A DNA stretch of 64,000 bases, taken from the NCBI RefSeq assembly GCF_049075655.1, contig NZ_CP157522.1:1-64000 (forward strand), written 5' to 3'. The stretch is from Methanothermococcus sp. Ax23 (GTDB lineage Archaea; AGJL01; Methanococci; Methanococcales; Methanococcaceae). Below are positions 1 through 10,827 of this stretch, piece by piece. The notes under the pieces are model-generated. The model ran no database searches. It saw only the letters and a list, made by a program, of their open reading frames with translations, and was not told the origin of the DNA. Position numbers and translations under genes: made by a program. Numbering within the stretch: position 1 is the stretch's first letter; each line of letters starts with the position of its first letter.

Positions 1-819
1 ATGATAAAAGTGGCCATTACAGGAGCTCTCGGAAGAATGGGAAGTAATATAATAAAAACACTGTGTGAAAATCCAGAGGAGTTTAAGGTAGTTGCAGCAA
101 TAGATGTGCCAAACCATCCAAAAAAAGGAATGGATATTGGAGAGTTAATAGGGCTAGGGAATATAGACGTTCCTTTGGAAACATCCGATAATTTGGACAG
201 TGTCTTAAAGGAAACAAAACCCGATGTTTTGATTGATTTTACTGCTCCTGCACCATGTGTAAATACTGTTAAAATAGCTTCATCAAATGGTATTAACTTA
301 GTAATTGGAACCACAGGATTTACAGAAGAACAAAGAAAAGAAATGGAAGAAGCTATTAATGAGAATAAGGTTGCAGCAGTAATCTCCCAAAATTACGCAA
401 TAGGTGTAAATATATTCTTCAAAACATTGGAATTTTTGGCAAAAAAACTTGGAGATTACGACATTGAAATTGTTGAAATGCACCATAGATTTAAAAAGGA
501 TGCTCCAAGTGGAACTGCACTGAGAGCCGCAGAGGTTATTCAAAACAACCTAAACAGAGATTCAAAATTAATATACGGTAGAGAAGGACTTGTTGGAGAA
601 AGAACCAAAGAAGAGATATGTATTCACGCACTTAGAGGTGGAGATGTAGTTGGAGACCATACTGTAATATTTGCAGGTGATGGAGAAAGATTAGAGCTCA
701 CCCATAAAGCAAGTAGCAGACAAGCATTTGTGCATGGAGTAGTTTTGGCAGCTAAATTCATTTCGCAGAAAAAAGAAGGAATATATAATACATTTGATGT
801 TTTAGGTCTCAATGAATAA
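1..819 (+). CDS. dapB: 4-hydroxy-tetrahydrodipicolinate reductase
   Basis: GALGRMG NAD(P) motif, [21 protein letters not shown] catalytic motif. Confidence 0.97.
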   Translation: MIKVAITGALGRMGSNIIKTLCENPEEFKVVAAIDVPNHPKKGMDIGELIGLGNIDVPLETSDNLDSVLKETKPDVLIDFTAPAPCVNTVKIASSNGINLVIGTTGFTEEQRKEMEEAINENKVAAVISQNYAIGVNIFFKTLEFLAKKLGDYDIEIVEMHHRFKKDAPSGTALRAAEVIQNNLNRDSKLIYGREGLVGERTKEEICIHALRGGDVVGDHTVIFAGDGERLELTHKASSRQAFVHGVVLAAKFISQKKEGIYNTFDVLGLNE

Positions 820-889
820 GGATTCATTATTTAACATGTTTAACATGTTATTTCACTATTATTTTTTTATACGCATATATGGTGAAAAT

Positions 890-1519
890 TTGAGAGAATT
901 CATATTAAAAGCAAATAAGGCAATAACCTCAGGAGATGTTAATTTAAAAGACCTCCCGGGAAGTTGCGGTAGGTTAGATTTAGTATGCAGATGTGTTAGC
1001 AGTGCATTTTTTCTTTCCCATGATTTAAGAAGGGATACTGTGTTTTACTCAGTTCATTATGGGAATCCAAGTCCGCCAGTAGCATTAAAATTTATGGGCT
1101 CTGAATTAAAAAGAGTTAGTCCTGATGAAAGAGGTATTGCCATTTTTATAAAAAAGGCACTAGAAAAAGAACACCTAAGTATTTGGAAAGAAAGTACACC
1201 CGGGATTTATCACGCTAAAAAAGAATTTAGAGATATCATATTGGAAAGAAATAAAGAAGGAAAAAAAATTTTTTATCTCCATAAAGATGGGAAGCCTATT
1301 GAAGAATTGTTTAACCCTGCCCAATATAAAAAAGACGTTGTTTTTGTGTTAGGAGACCATATGGGCATTGGAGAAGAGGATGAGAACTTTTTAGATGAGA
1401 TTGGAGCAGAAAGGGTTTCAATCTCCCCATTAGAATTGCATGCAAACCATTGCATTGTCATTGTCCACAATATTATGGACAAAATTGAATGTTTACATGT
1501 TTCCAATAATATTAATTAG
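890..1519 (+). CDS. trmY: tRNA (pseudouridine54-N1)-methyltransferase, SPOUT family
   Basis: [33 protein letters not shown]; likely TTG start at 890 after GGTGA RBS (track start 812 is probably too long). Confidence 0.9.
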   Translation: MREFILKANKAITSGDVNLKDLPGSCGRLDLVCRCVSSAFFLSHDLRRDTVFYSVHYGNPSPPVALKFMGSELKRVSPDERGIAIFIKKALEKEHLSIWKESTPGIYHAKKEFRDIILERNKEGKKIFYLHKDGKPIEELFNPAQYKKDVVFVLGDHMGIGEEDENFLDEIGAERVSISPLELHANHCIVIVHNIMDKIECLHVSNNIN

Positions 1520-1632
1520 ATTTATTTCCATAATAATTATTATAATTTTTAAAAAAATTTCTTAACGATAACATTGTGCTTAAATTTAATAGGTTAATAA
1601 CCTATGCTAATGTCAGTTTTGAGGTGATATGT

Positions 1633-2082
1633 ATGAATGATGTGCCAAAAGTTGTTGTTTTTAAACTCTCTTCAAATGAGTATGGATTAAAAGTGGATGA
1701 AGTTAGAGAAGTTTTAAAACTTCAAGATATTACTGCGTTACCCAACAGTCCTGATTATGTTGTTGGTGTTACAAATATTAGGGGTGAAATCACTCCAATT
1801 ATCGATTTGAGAAAAAAGTTAAATATATATGGCAATTTCGAAGAAAATGATGCCAATAATAAAGAAATGTTGGTCATGGTGATAGAGATTGAGGGAGTCC
1901 CTGTGGGTATTTTAGTAGATGCGGTCAATGACGTCCTGCAAATATCCAACGATCAAATTGAAAATTTGGGGGAAATAGGGAGAAACATGAGTGGAGAGTA
2001 CATTGAAGGGATAGCAAAAATAGAAAATAGATTGATAATATTACTAAATATCAATAATCTTATAAACCCACAGGAATTATAA
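1633..2082 (+). CDS. cheW: chemotaxis coupling protein CheW
   Basis: GVTNIRGEITPIIDL, GILVDAV; ATG 1633 after GAGGTGA. Confidence 0.95.
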   Translation: MNDVPKVVVFKLSSNEYGLKVDEVREVLKLQDITALPNSPDYVVGVTNIRGEITPIIDLRKKLNIYGNFEENDANNKEMLVMVIEIEGVPVGILVDAVNDVLQISNDQIENLGEIGRNMSGEYIEGIAKIENRLIILLNINNLINPQEL

Positions 2083-2120
2083 CATATATAACATATTTGT
2101 AAAGCCAAAGGAGGGATATT

Positions 2121-3236
2121 ATGAAAAAGATAAAAGTATTGGTGGTAGATGACTCTGCATTCATGAGAAAAATGGTTTCAGATATATTAAGTTCCGATAA
2201 TGATATTGAGGTAGTAGGGAATGCAAAAGATGGTGTGGAGGCTGTCGAGCTCACTCAAAAATTGAGCCCAGATGTAATTACAATGGACGTGGAAATGCCC
2301 AGAATGAATGGACTTGAAGCTGTTAAAAAAATAATGGAAATAAAACCTACTCCAATATTGATGCTATCTGCATTAACGAAAAAGGGAGCTGTGGAGACCC
2401 TTGAAGCCCTAGAATATGGTGCAGTTGATTTTATTCAAAAACCCTCAGGAACTATTTCATTAGATATTAGGAAAATAGGGGAGGAGTTAATAAACAAGGT
2501 AAAATCGGCTTCAAGGGCATATGTTAGAAGAAGGGTAGCCACACCTCAAAGACGTGAAAGAATTGGAGGAATTAGAGGAACACATGATGTTGAGGAAACT
2601 CATGAAAAACCTATATCAGGAGTTAATGTTGAAATACCAACTGAGAAACTTAAAAATTCGGCGGTCATAATAGGTTCATCAACAGGTGGTCCACCAATAG
2701 TTTCAGAAATCATATCTAAACTCCCAAAAAACATGCCTCCTATATTTGTAGTTCAACACATGCCAAAAGGATTTACAAAAATGTTTGCAAGCAGATTAGA
2801 TGCAGGGTCAGTGCTAACTGTAAAAGAAGCTCAGGATGGGGAGTTGGTAAAACCAGGACATGTCTATGTAGCACCGGGCGATTGTCAGATGCTACTGAGA
2901 AAAAGAGGGAATGACACATATATAAAATTGGACAGTCAGATGCCAAAGGTTCATGGAACAAAACCTTCGGTGGATGTTACTGCTGAATATGTATCAAAAA
3001 TATATGGTAAAAACACAGTAGGTGTAATTTTAACCGGAATTGGTCGAGACGGAGCATATGGGCTGAGTCTAATAAAGAAAAAAGGTGGGAAAATAATAGC
3101 CCAAAATGAAGAGACCTGTGTAGTTTTTGGTATGCCAAAAGCTGTTATTGAAATGAACATTGCAGACGCAATATTGCCCACATCAAAAATACCTGAAGCT
3201 ATTGTAAAATTTGTTAAAGATATAGTAGGGGGATGA
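2121..3236 (+). CDS. cheB: chemotaxis response regulator protein-glutamate methylesterase
   Basis: receiver domain VLVVDDSAFMR plus methylesterase motifs GSSTGGP, VQHMP, LTGIGRDG. Confidence 0.96.
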   Translation: MKKIKVLVVDDSAFMRKMVSDILSSDNDIEVVGNAKDGVEAVELTQKLSPDVITMDVEMPRMNGLEAVKKIMEIKPTPILMLSALTKKGAVETLEALEYGAVDFIQKPSGTISLDIRKIGEELINKVKSASRAYVRRRVATPQRRERIGGIRGTHDVEETHEKPISGVNVEIPTEKLKNSAVIIGSSTGGPPIVSEIISKLPKNMPPIFVVQHMPKGFTKMFASRLDAGSVLTVKEAQDGELVKPGHVYVAPGDCQMLLRKRGNDTYIKLDSQMPKVHGTKPSVDVTAEYVSKIYGKNTVGVILTGIGRDGAYGLSLIKKKGGKIIAQNEETCVVFGMPKAVIEMNIADAILPTSKIPEAIVKFVKDIVGG

Positions 3237-6145
3237 AAATGGATGATATGGAACAATATAAGGAATTATTCATGGCTGAAGCTACGGAACATCTCGAGTC
3301 CTTGAATCAAAACATGGTTGAACTTGAAAAAAATCCAGAAAATAAAGATATTATAAATTTAATATTCAGGTCTGCACATACATTGAAGGGTTCAGCAAGA
3401 ACTCTTGGGTTTGAGGATATATCCTCCCTTACCCATCATATGGAAGATATATTGGATTATGTTAGGGATGACAAGATTCCCGTAACTTCTGAGATTATGG
3501 ATTTGTTATTTGACTGTCTTGATGCTCTTGAAACTATGGTCAATGAAATTGAGGAGGATGTTGATACCACATCTGTTGATGTTGATAGCATAATTAATGA
3601 AATAAAAAGATTAAAAGATAAATATCTTGGTGGAGGAGGAGCTCCCGCGGCAGATGCGCCACAAAGTAGTAGTAGTTCAGATGAAAAACAGGGTGAAGAA
3701 AAAGAAGAAACGGTTGAGTCCAGCGTTACTAAAAGTACTAAATCTATTGTAAGTGTCATATTAAAAGAACCAGAAACTACGGTAAAAATCAAAAAAACAG
3801 CTGTAAATGAAGGAGAAAATTTAGACGAAAAAAATTATGAGGAAATAAAAAAACCAAAAAATCTTAATGAAATCCTTGAACAAATGAGTAAATCTGTCGA
3901 AGTTCTTAAAATAGTTGCTGATGCTCTTAGCTATGATGATTTGAAAGAAACCTTGGCAAAGATAAATGATTTAGTTAATCATGTCATGGCTGAAGATATT
4001 GTATTTAATAAATCAGTTATGGAAGCATTAAAGTATTCACTAGATGCAATGGAAAAAATTGCAAAATCAGTTGAAGAAAATGGAAGTATTGATGAATTGG
4101 ATATAGATTTATCTGAATTAAATGAAAAAATAGATAATGCAATAACTATTAAAGAGGAACAGCGGAGCTCACCTGAAATTACTGAGGAAGAATATGAGGT
4201 TGTTTTAGACCATTCCAAGTTTGATTTAAATAAACATGCCGACCACTTAAAGGAAATGATAGATAAAGGTTATAAGTTATACCATTTAAAATCCAAAACC
4301 TCAGAAGATTGTGATTTAAAATCTGTTAGGTTATCTATGTTAGTATCCAATATAAAAAAAATCGGGGAAGTTTTAATTTCAACCCCTAGTGAAGAAGAAA
4401 TTAAGGAAAAAAGCTACGATGAACTTGAAATTATTTTTCTGTCCGATAAACAGTTAGACGAGATAATGAAAATTCTCGACACAGTATGTGAAATGGAATA
4501 TATTGCAATATCCCCAGTGGACATAGAGTTTAAAATTGAAGAAATAGAGGAAGAAGTAAAAACAGATGACAAGACCAGCGACGATGGTGGTGGTGATGAT
4601 AATGAAGCAAGTGATGATAGACTAAAAGACGCGTATAAATTAAAAATAATAATTGATAATGAATGTATTTTGAAATCTGTTCGAGCATATATGGCCATAA
4701 AAGAACTTGAAAATATGGGAGAAATAATTAAAACAGAGCCCCCTTATGAGAAACTTCGAGATGGTGAATTTGAAGATAACGAGATTATAGTATATATAAT
4801 ATCAAATAATGAAGGGGATGATTTAAAAGAAGCAGTATTTAATATCCCAGAAATAAAAGAAGTCATTGTAGAAGCCCCTGAATATTTAAAGGAACAATCA
4901 AGTGAGAAAAAAACATCTGAATCACGTGGAAAAAATATTGCTTCCACCAAATCAAAAACCTCAAAGAAGAAGCCTTCTGAAAAATCAGGAGAAAAGAAGA
5001 CATCAACTCAAACTGTAAGAATAAATATTGAAAAATTAGACAAACTTATGAATTTAGTTGGTGAATTAGTTATAAATAGGGCAAATTTTACCCAGATTGC
5101 AAACAACTATAATATTAAAGAACTACACAATGCTGTGAATAGACTTAATATGCTTGCTACTGAGCTCCAAGAAGAAGTTATGGCTATGAGAATGATACCA
5201 GTATCTTTTATATTTAACAGGTTTCCTAGAACTGTGAGGGATACTGCAAAAGCACTTAATAAAGAGGTTGAATTAATAATCGAAGGTTCAGATATTGAAC
5301 TTGATAGGACCGTATTGGATGAGCTCGCGGAACCCTTGACACATATTATTAGAAACTCATTAGACCACGGTATCGAAACTCCAGAAGAGAGGGAGAAGAA
5401 AGGAAAACCTAGAAAGGGAACTCTAAAATTAATAGCTACAAGAGAAAGAAATCATGTGCTTATCACAATTGAAGATGATGGTAAAGGAATAGACCCTGAA
5501 ATTATAAGGAGGAAAGCTGTGGAAAAAGGAGTTGTATCAGAAGATGAAGTCAATAAATTATCTGATCATGAAGTCATTAATCTTGTATTTTTGCCAGGAT
5601 TTAGTACTGCTGAAAAAGTTTCAGATGTTTCTGGAAGGGGAGTTGGAATGGATGTTGTAAAATCTAAAATAGAGTCTCTTGGAGGTAGTGTATCATTATA
5701 CTCCGAAAAAGAAAAAGGCACAAAGATAATACTTCAATTACCTTTAACAATGGCAATTATTCTCGTATTATTAATTAAATTAAGGGACCAAGTTTATGCA
5801 ATACCATTAACAAGTGTTTTAGATGTCACCCATGTTAGAAAAGACGATATAACAAATTTAGAAGGTCAGGATGCTATCATATACAGGGACCATATACTGC
5901 CAGTAGTTTGGTTAAAGGATATACTCAATGACTATTCCTACGGGGAGCCTGAAGAAGAAGTTTATGTGGTAGTCATAGAACGAAACAAAGGAAAATTGGG
6001 CGTGGTAGTTGACGATGTACTTGGAAGGGAAGAAATTGTTGTTAAACCACTTACTGGCATTTTGAAAAATATTCATGGTCTTGCAGGAGCCACAATATTG
6101 GGTGATGGAAGGGTAGCACTCATACTGGATTTAAACAATGCATAG
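3233..6145 (+). CDS. cheA: chemotaxis histidine kinase CheA (long form)
   Basis: Hpt FRSAHTLKG, RNSLDHG, DDGKG, GFSTA..SGRGVGMDVV, C-terminal CheW domain. Confidence 0.97.
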   Translation: MKMDDMEQYKELFMAEATEHLESLNQNMVELEKNPENKDIINLIFRSAHTLKGSARTLGFEDISSLTHHMEDILDYVRDDKIPVTSEIMDLLFDCLDALETMVNEIEEDVDTTSVDVDSIINEIKRLKDKYLGGGGAPAADAPQSSSSSDEKQGEEKEETVESSVTKSTKSIVSVILKEPETTVKIKKTAVNEGENLDEKNYEEIKKPKNLNEILEQMSKSVEVLKIVADALSYDDLKETLAKINDLVNHVMAEDIVFNKSVMEALKYSLDAMEKIAKSVEENGSIDELDIDLSELNEKIDNAITIKEEQRSSPEITEEEYEVVLDHSKFDLNKHADHLKEMIDKGYKLYHLKSKTSEDCDLKSVRLSMLVSNIKKIGEVLISTPSEEEIKEKSYDELEIIFLSDKQLDEIMKILDTVCEMEYIAISPVDIEFKIEEIEEEVKTDDKTSDDGGGDDNEASDDRLKDAYKLKIIIDNECILKSVRAYMAIKELENMGEIIKTEPPYEKLRDGEFEDNEIIVYIISNNEGDDLKEAVFNIPEIKEVIVEAPEYLKEQSSEKKTSESRGKNIASTKSKTSKKKPSEKSGEKKTSTQTVRINIEKLDKLMNLVGELVINRANFTQIANNYNIKELHNAVNRLNMLATELQEEVMAMRMIPVSFIFNRFPRTVRDTAKALNKEVELIIEGSDIELDRTVLDELAEPLTHIIRNSLDHGIETPEEREKKGKPRKGTLKLIATRERNHVLITIEDDGKGIDPEIIRRKAVEKGVVSEDEVNKLSDHEVINLVFLPGFSTAEKVSDVSGRGVGMDVVKSKIESLGGSVSLYSEKEKGTKIILQLPLTMAIILVLLIKLRDQVYAIPLTSVLDVTHVRKDDITNLEGQDAIIYRDHILPVVWLKDILNDYSYGEPEEEVYVVVIERNKGKLGVVVDDVLGREEIVVKPLTGILKNIHGLAGATILGDGRVALILDLNNA

Positions 6146-6154
6146 GTTGGTAGT

Positions 6155-6619
6155 ATGGTAATAAAAGTTAAAATGGGTGGTTTTGAGGTTTCAAAAAGTC
6201 CTGAGGTTCTTGAAACATTGTTAGGTTCTTGTGTGGCTATAATGCTCTATGATATGGGTAAGAGGGTTGGAGGAATGGCACATATAATGCTTCCAGAAAC
6301 AAGGGATATGAACACTAGAATGCCTGGAAAATACGCCAATACTGCTGTTCCAGCACTAATAACCAGCATGGTAGTTCTTGGAGCAAGACCTAATAAGCTT
6401 AGAGCAAAGTTAGCTGGTGGTGCAGCAATGTTCAAATCCAAGTCTAAGGCTATTGATGTAGGGGCAAAAAACGTGGAAGCAGCCAGACAGAACTTAAAAA
6501 AGCATGGAATAAGAGTAATAGGCGAGGATGTAGGGGGCACATCCGGTAGGACGGTTAAATTCTTCCTCAAAGATGGAAAAGTGATTAGTATACATAAGGG
6601 TCGTGAAAAAATTATTTAA
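6155..6619 (+). CDS. cheD: chemoreceptor glutamine deamidase CheD
   Basis: [32 protein letters not shown]. Confidence 0.95.
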   Translation: MVIKVKMGGFEVSKSPEVLETLLGSCVAIMLYDMGKRVGGMAHIMLPETRDMNTRMPGKYANTAVPALITSMVVLGARPNKLRAKLAGGAAMFKSKSKAIDVGAKNVEAARQNLKKHGIRVIGEDVGGTSGRTVKFFLKDGKVISIHKGREKII

Positions 6620-8067
6620 TGGTGAAATACATGGTATTCAGCCTATCAATAGGGAGTTTAATATCAAAATCAGATAAGAACAATTTGATTGAAAAAATAT
6701 GTGAGATTGTAAGTATAGATGCCAACATAGTAAAGAATAATCCTGAAGAATTAATTAAAAGAATTGAAAATTTGTGCGAAAATGAAAAACGTTTTGAAGA
6801 GTATAAAAAAGAAACCTTAAAAGTATTTAAGGAACTTAATGAACTTGCAGAGAAGTTGGAAAAAGGAGATCTAACCGTTAGAGCTAATGAAGAGGGTAAA
6901 TGGAATAAATTCCAAAAATCCTTAAATCGGGCGTTAGATGGTATTTCAAATTCGATTGAAAGTCTAAAGGCACAAATAAATACCCTAAATAATGAACTCG
7001 AAAGTATAAAAGATGGAATCGAAAGAGCAAAGGAAACCTCAGACCAGGTGGCAGATGCAGCTTCACAGGTTGCTACAGCAGCAACTGACCAATCTACAAA
7101 ATTACAGGATGTTTCACAGGATTTAGAAAGCACAGGAGAAGTTGCTGATAATGTTTACAATGCAGCAGTGGAAGCTGTGGAAGCAGCAAATGAAATTGAA
7201 AATAATTCAGAAACTGGAGTTAAGAAGGTAGAAAATGCAATAGACACCATGCAGAGAATAGCAAACGTAATAGACGACTTGGGAAGAGCCATCCAAGGAC
7301 TTGGAGATGAGAGTAAGAAAATCAACGAAGTTACTGTATTGATTAAGGATATTGCTGAACAGACTGGATTATTAGCACTAAACGCTTCTATTGAAGCTGC
7401 AAGAGCTGGAGAAGCTGGAAAAGGATTTGCAGTTGTTGCAAGTGAAATTAAATCACTTGCAGAAGAGATTGGAAAATCTGTTGATGATATAAACAAAACA
7501 ATCACTGGAATACAGGGTCAGGTTGAAAAGACCATTGATTTGGGATTAACCGGTAAGGATGAAGTTGATAAAGGAGTTGTAGCAATAGATGAGGTAAATA
7601 ATGCATTTATGAAAATTAAAGAAAGTGTAGATAAGGCAGCTGAAAAGATAAATGCAATGAAAGAAGGTGCTAAACAGGCATCCGAGAACGTGCAGCAGGC
7701 TTTAAGAAATGTTCAGGATATCGCTTCAATATCCGAAGAGTTTGCTGCAACAGCTGAAGAATTAACAGCAAGTGCGGAAGAACAAAATAGAGCGATTGAA
7801 GATATAGACACATCTATTGAGGAGTTTGATGAGATTTCACGAACGATTTCAAAAAATATTGATGTATTTAGGTCTAATCCAAATGAATGTGTGAATTTAC
7901 CTAAATGTCCATATATTCATAACCCAAATCTTGACCCAAAAATTGCGGAGGAGTTGAAAAACAAATATTGTAAAGGGGATTATACTCTTTGTGAAAGATA
8001 TAAATTAAAATCTTCTGGAAAACCAGTCCCTGAGGATTTATCCCCTGACGGAAAAACATACATATAA
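6619..8067 (+). CDS. cytoplasmic methyl-accepting chemotaxis protein with C-terminal 4-Cys domain
   Basis: MCP hairpin tip [30 protein letters not shown]; no clear TM helix; Cys-rich tail after the signalling domain. Confidence 0.9.
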   Translation: MVKYMVFSLSIGSLISKSDKNNLIEKICEIVSIDANIVKNNPEELIKRIENLCENEKRFEEYKKETLKVFKELNELAEKLEKGDLTVRANEEGKWNKFQKSLNRALDGISNSIESLKAQINTLNNELESIKDGIERAKETSDQVADAASQVATAATDQSTKLQDVSQDLESTGEVADNVYNAAVEAVEAANEIENNSETGVKKVENAIDTMQRIANVIDDLGRAIQGLGDESKKINEVTVLIKDIAEQTGLLALNASIEAARAGEAGKGFAVVASEIKSLAEEIGKSVDDINKTITGIQGQVEKTIDLGLTGKDEVDKGVVAIDEVNNAFMKIKESVDKAAEKINAMKEGAKQASENVQQALRNVQDIASISEEFAATAEELTASAEEQNRAIEDIDTSIEEFDEISRTISKNIDVFRSNPNECVNLPKCPYIHNPNLDPKIAEELKNKYCKGDYTLCERYKLKSSGKPVPEDLSPDGKTYI

Positions 8068-8394
8068 TACACACAATTTTAAATCATAAGTTTCATATAG
8101 TCTTATTTTTTAATTATTTTTTATTCTAATATATTCAAACGATATAGTTTTATCAAACAAAAAATATATAAAAATGTTATTGGAGAAAATAATACCCCTT
8201 AATTTTCATCTTAAATTCCCTTTTCTTTTTTTATATTTGAAAATATAAAAAAACTATCTTTACAACATATATTTCCTCTTTTTCGTCGTTAATTTTTCCT
8301 AATATCTAATTAGAAGTGCAATTGCACAACTACATACATAAAAATATTATATAGTTGATATTTGTAAAATATATATGTGGTATTTTACGATAAA

Positions 8395-8586
8395 CCGCCG
8401 AGAAAGCCAACGATTTTAATCGTTGGATGATAGGCGGACATCATATTTTTTATATACTCCATTTCTACATAATATATGAGTGTAATTAGAATAATAGCAT
8501 ATATAAATTTGGTGAATTCCATGCAAGTAACCAGAGTGCTGACAATAAACCTAACCAGAAGTTTAAAATATAAGTGCATGACTTAA
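8395..8586 (+). mobile_element. probable degenerate IS200/IS605-type remnant (end hairpin plus truncated ORF start)
   Basis: CCGCC..CCAACGATT-TT-AATCGTTGG..GGCGG nested hairpin (8395-8437); GGTGA RBS then mini-ORF MQVTRVLTINLTRSLKYKCMT* (8521-8586). Confidence 0.45.
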
Positions 8587-8636
8587 CATCCAAATAGATT
8601 ACATTATTGCTTAAAATATATGTGGAGAGGGTAAAT

Positions 8637-10469
8637 ATGCTTAAAAAAATATCTGTAAAGACCAAAATTTTATCCTCCATAGCAATTTTGGTCCTTATTA
8701 TTATTGGGATGTCTTCAACAGTAATAATGGTTCATAAAAGTATGAAAGACGACGGACATGTGATTAACCTTGCAGGAAAACAGAGAATGTTAGTCCAAAA
8801 GATGACAAAAGAGGCATTTATGATAAATGCCGGAAATGAAAATAGTAGAAAAGACTTAAAAGAAACTTCCGAACTATTCGATAAAACTCTAAATGGTTTG
8901 ATATCAGGTAATGAAGAAATGGGTCTTCCACCTGCTCCCGATGAAGTTAAACCGCAGCTTCTTAAAGTAAAGCAATTGTGGGACCCATTCTATGAGAAAA
9001 TAAAAATAATATATACAAAAAATCCTGATGATCCAGAGTTTAAAGAGGCATTAAACTACCTAAATGAACACAATATGGAATTATTAGCTGAGATGAATAA
9101 GGCAGTTATGCTGTACAGTGACTTGTATAATAAAAAAGTTGAATTTGCAAATAATATGTCAATAGCAGCTACTGTATTGGCGCTGTTGCTCGGTATTGTC
9201 TCAATAATCATTGTAAAGGAAACAGTTTTAAAACATCTCGATGAGCTTAGAAGGATATTGGGTGAATTGGCAAATCATAATTATGATGTAAAACCTGAAA
9301 TAGAGTTTAATGGAGATGAGATTGGAGAATTATTCAACAATGTCAACCGAATAATCAAAAACTTAAATGAAGATATGAAAAAACAGAAAGAGGATAAAAA
9401 AGCACTATCGCAAACATTTAAAGAAATCACAGATGTAATGACAAAAGTGGCAAATGGAGATTTAACTGCAAGAATGGACGAAAATAGGGAGCATAATAAA
9501 CTTCAAAAAATCATAAATACTGCAATAAGTAATGTACAAACCCTGACAAAAGAACTAAAATCTCAAATAATCAACTTAAACAGGGAAATAGAATCATTAA
9601 AAGATGGAATCGAAAGAGCAAAGGAAACTTCAGACCAGGTGGCAGATGCAGCTTCACAGGTTGCTACAGCAGCAACTGACCAATCTACAAAATTACAGGA
9701 TGTTTCACAAGACTTGGAAAACACAGGAGAAGTTGCTGATAATGTTTACAATGCAGCTGTGGAAGCTGTGGAATCAGCGAATGAAATTGAGGAGAATTCA
9801 GAAACTGGAGTTAAGAAAGTAGAAAATGCAATAGACACCATGCAGAGAATAGCAAACGTAATAGACAACTTAGGAAGAGCCATCCAAGGGCTCGGAGATG
9901 AGAGCAAGAAAATCAACGAAGTTACGGTACTCATCAAGGATATTGCTGAACAAACTGGATTATTGGCTTTAAACGCTTCTATTGAAGCGGCAAGAGCAGG
10001 AGAGGCTGGAAAAGGATTTGCAGTTGTTGCAAGTGAAATTAAATCACTTGCAGAAGAGATTGGAAAATCTGTTGATGATATAAACAAAACAATCACTGGA
10101 ATACAGGGTCAGGTTGAAAAGACCATTGATTTGGGATTAACTGGTAAAGATGAAGTTGATAAAGGAGTTGTAGCAATAGATGAGGTAAATAATGCATTTA
10201 TGAAAATTAAAGAAAGTGTAGATAAAACAGCTGAAAAGATAATTGCAATGAAAGAAGGTGCGAAACAGGCGTCAGATAATGTACAGCAGGCTTTAAGAAA
10301 CGTTCAGGATATCGCTTCAATATCCGAAGAGTTTGCTGCAACAGCTGAAGAATTAACAGCAAGTGCAGAAGAACAAAATAGAATCATGGATGAAATAAGC
10401 AATGCAACTGAAAAAATAGCAGATGTTTCAGAGAACGTATCTGAATCAGTCAATAAATTTAAAGTTTAA
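8637..10469 (+). CDS. methyl-accepting chemotaxis protein with PilJ/NarX-like extracellular sensor, HAMP and MCP signalling domain
   Basis: two TM helices flanking [14 protein letters not shown] (NarX P-box-like); MCP tip motif. Confidence 0.92.
   Translation: MLKKISVKTKILSSIAILVLIIIGMSSTVIMVHKSMKDDGHVINLAGKQRMLVQKMTKEAFMINAGNENSRKDLKETSELFDKTLNGLISGNEEMGLPPAPDEVKPQLLKVKQLWDPFYEKIKIIYTKNPDDPEFKEALNYLNEHNMELLAEMNKAVMLYSDLYNKKVEFANNMSIAATVLALLLGIVSIIIVKETVLKHLDELRRILGELANHNYDVKPEIEFNGDEIGELFNNVNRIIKNLNEDMKKQKEDKKALSQTFKEITDVMTKVANGDLTARMDENREHNKLQKIINTAISNVQTLTKELKSQIINLNREIESLKDGIERAKETSDQVADAASQVATAATDQSTKLQDVSQDLENTGEVADNVYNAAVEAVESANEIEENSETGVKKVENAIDTMQRIANVIDNLGRAIQGLGDESKKINEVTVLIKDIAEQTGLLALNASIEAARAGEAGKGFAVVASEIKSLAEEIGKSVDDINKTITGIQGQVEKTIDLGLTGKDEVDKGVVAIDEVNNAFMKIKESVDKTAEKIIAMKEGAKQASDNVQQALRNVQDIASISEEFAATAEELTASAEEQNRIMDEISNATEKIADVSENVSESVNKFKV
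9516..10469 (+). repeat. signalling-domain duplication, copy 1 (appears identical to 12085-13038)
   Basis: direct comparison at offset 2569 shows no difference through the stop codon; alternative-frame ORFs in the track are also identical. Confidence 0.93.
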
Positions 10470-10827
10470 TCGGAGTGAGTGAAGCAAGCGAAGAGTGTAA
10501 AATTGCTTCGCAATTTTAATTTTTCCTTCGCTTACGCTCGAAATTGCACAAATTCTAATTCTTTTTTCTTTTTTTAGGTTTAAAAATAGTAATTTAAGAA
10601 AAACCTGTCTTTACAGGCGCATACTATTATGAAACTTATGATGTAGTTTGAATGGGTCCTGAGGTACCTACCGCATCTATTTTTTCATCACTAATTTTCC
10701 CAATATCTAAATTTAAAGGGGAGTGCAATTACATAATCACATGCATAAAAATTATTATATATGCCTTTCAATAAAAATAAAATTACTGTTTTCTCATTTG
10801 TGAAATAGAAATAATTTTAACGAAAAT

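Noticed and set aside
10630-10680. Possible C/D-box sRNA (ATGATG..CTGA) upstream of the third MCP
   Set aside because: Only one imperfect C box and one CTGA, with no second box pair or identified target; may just be a small insertion.
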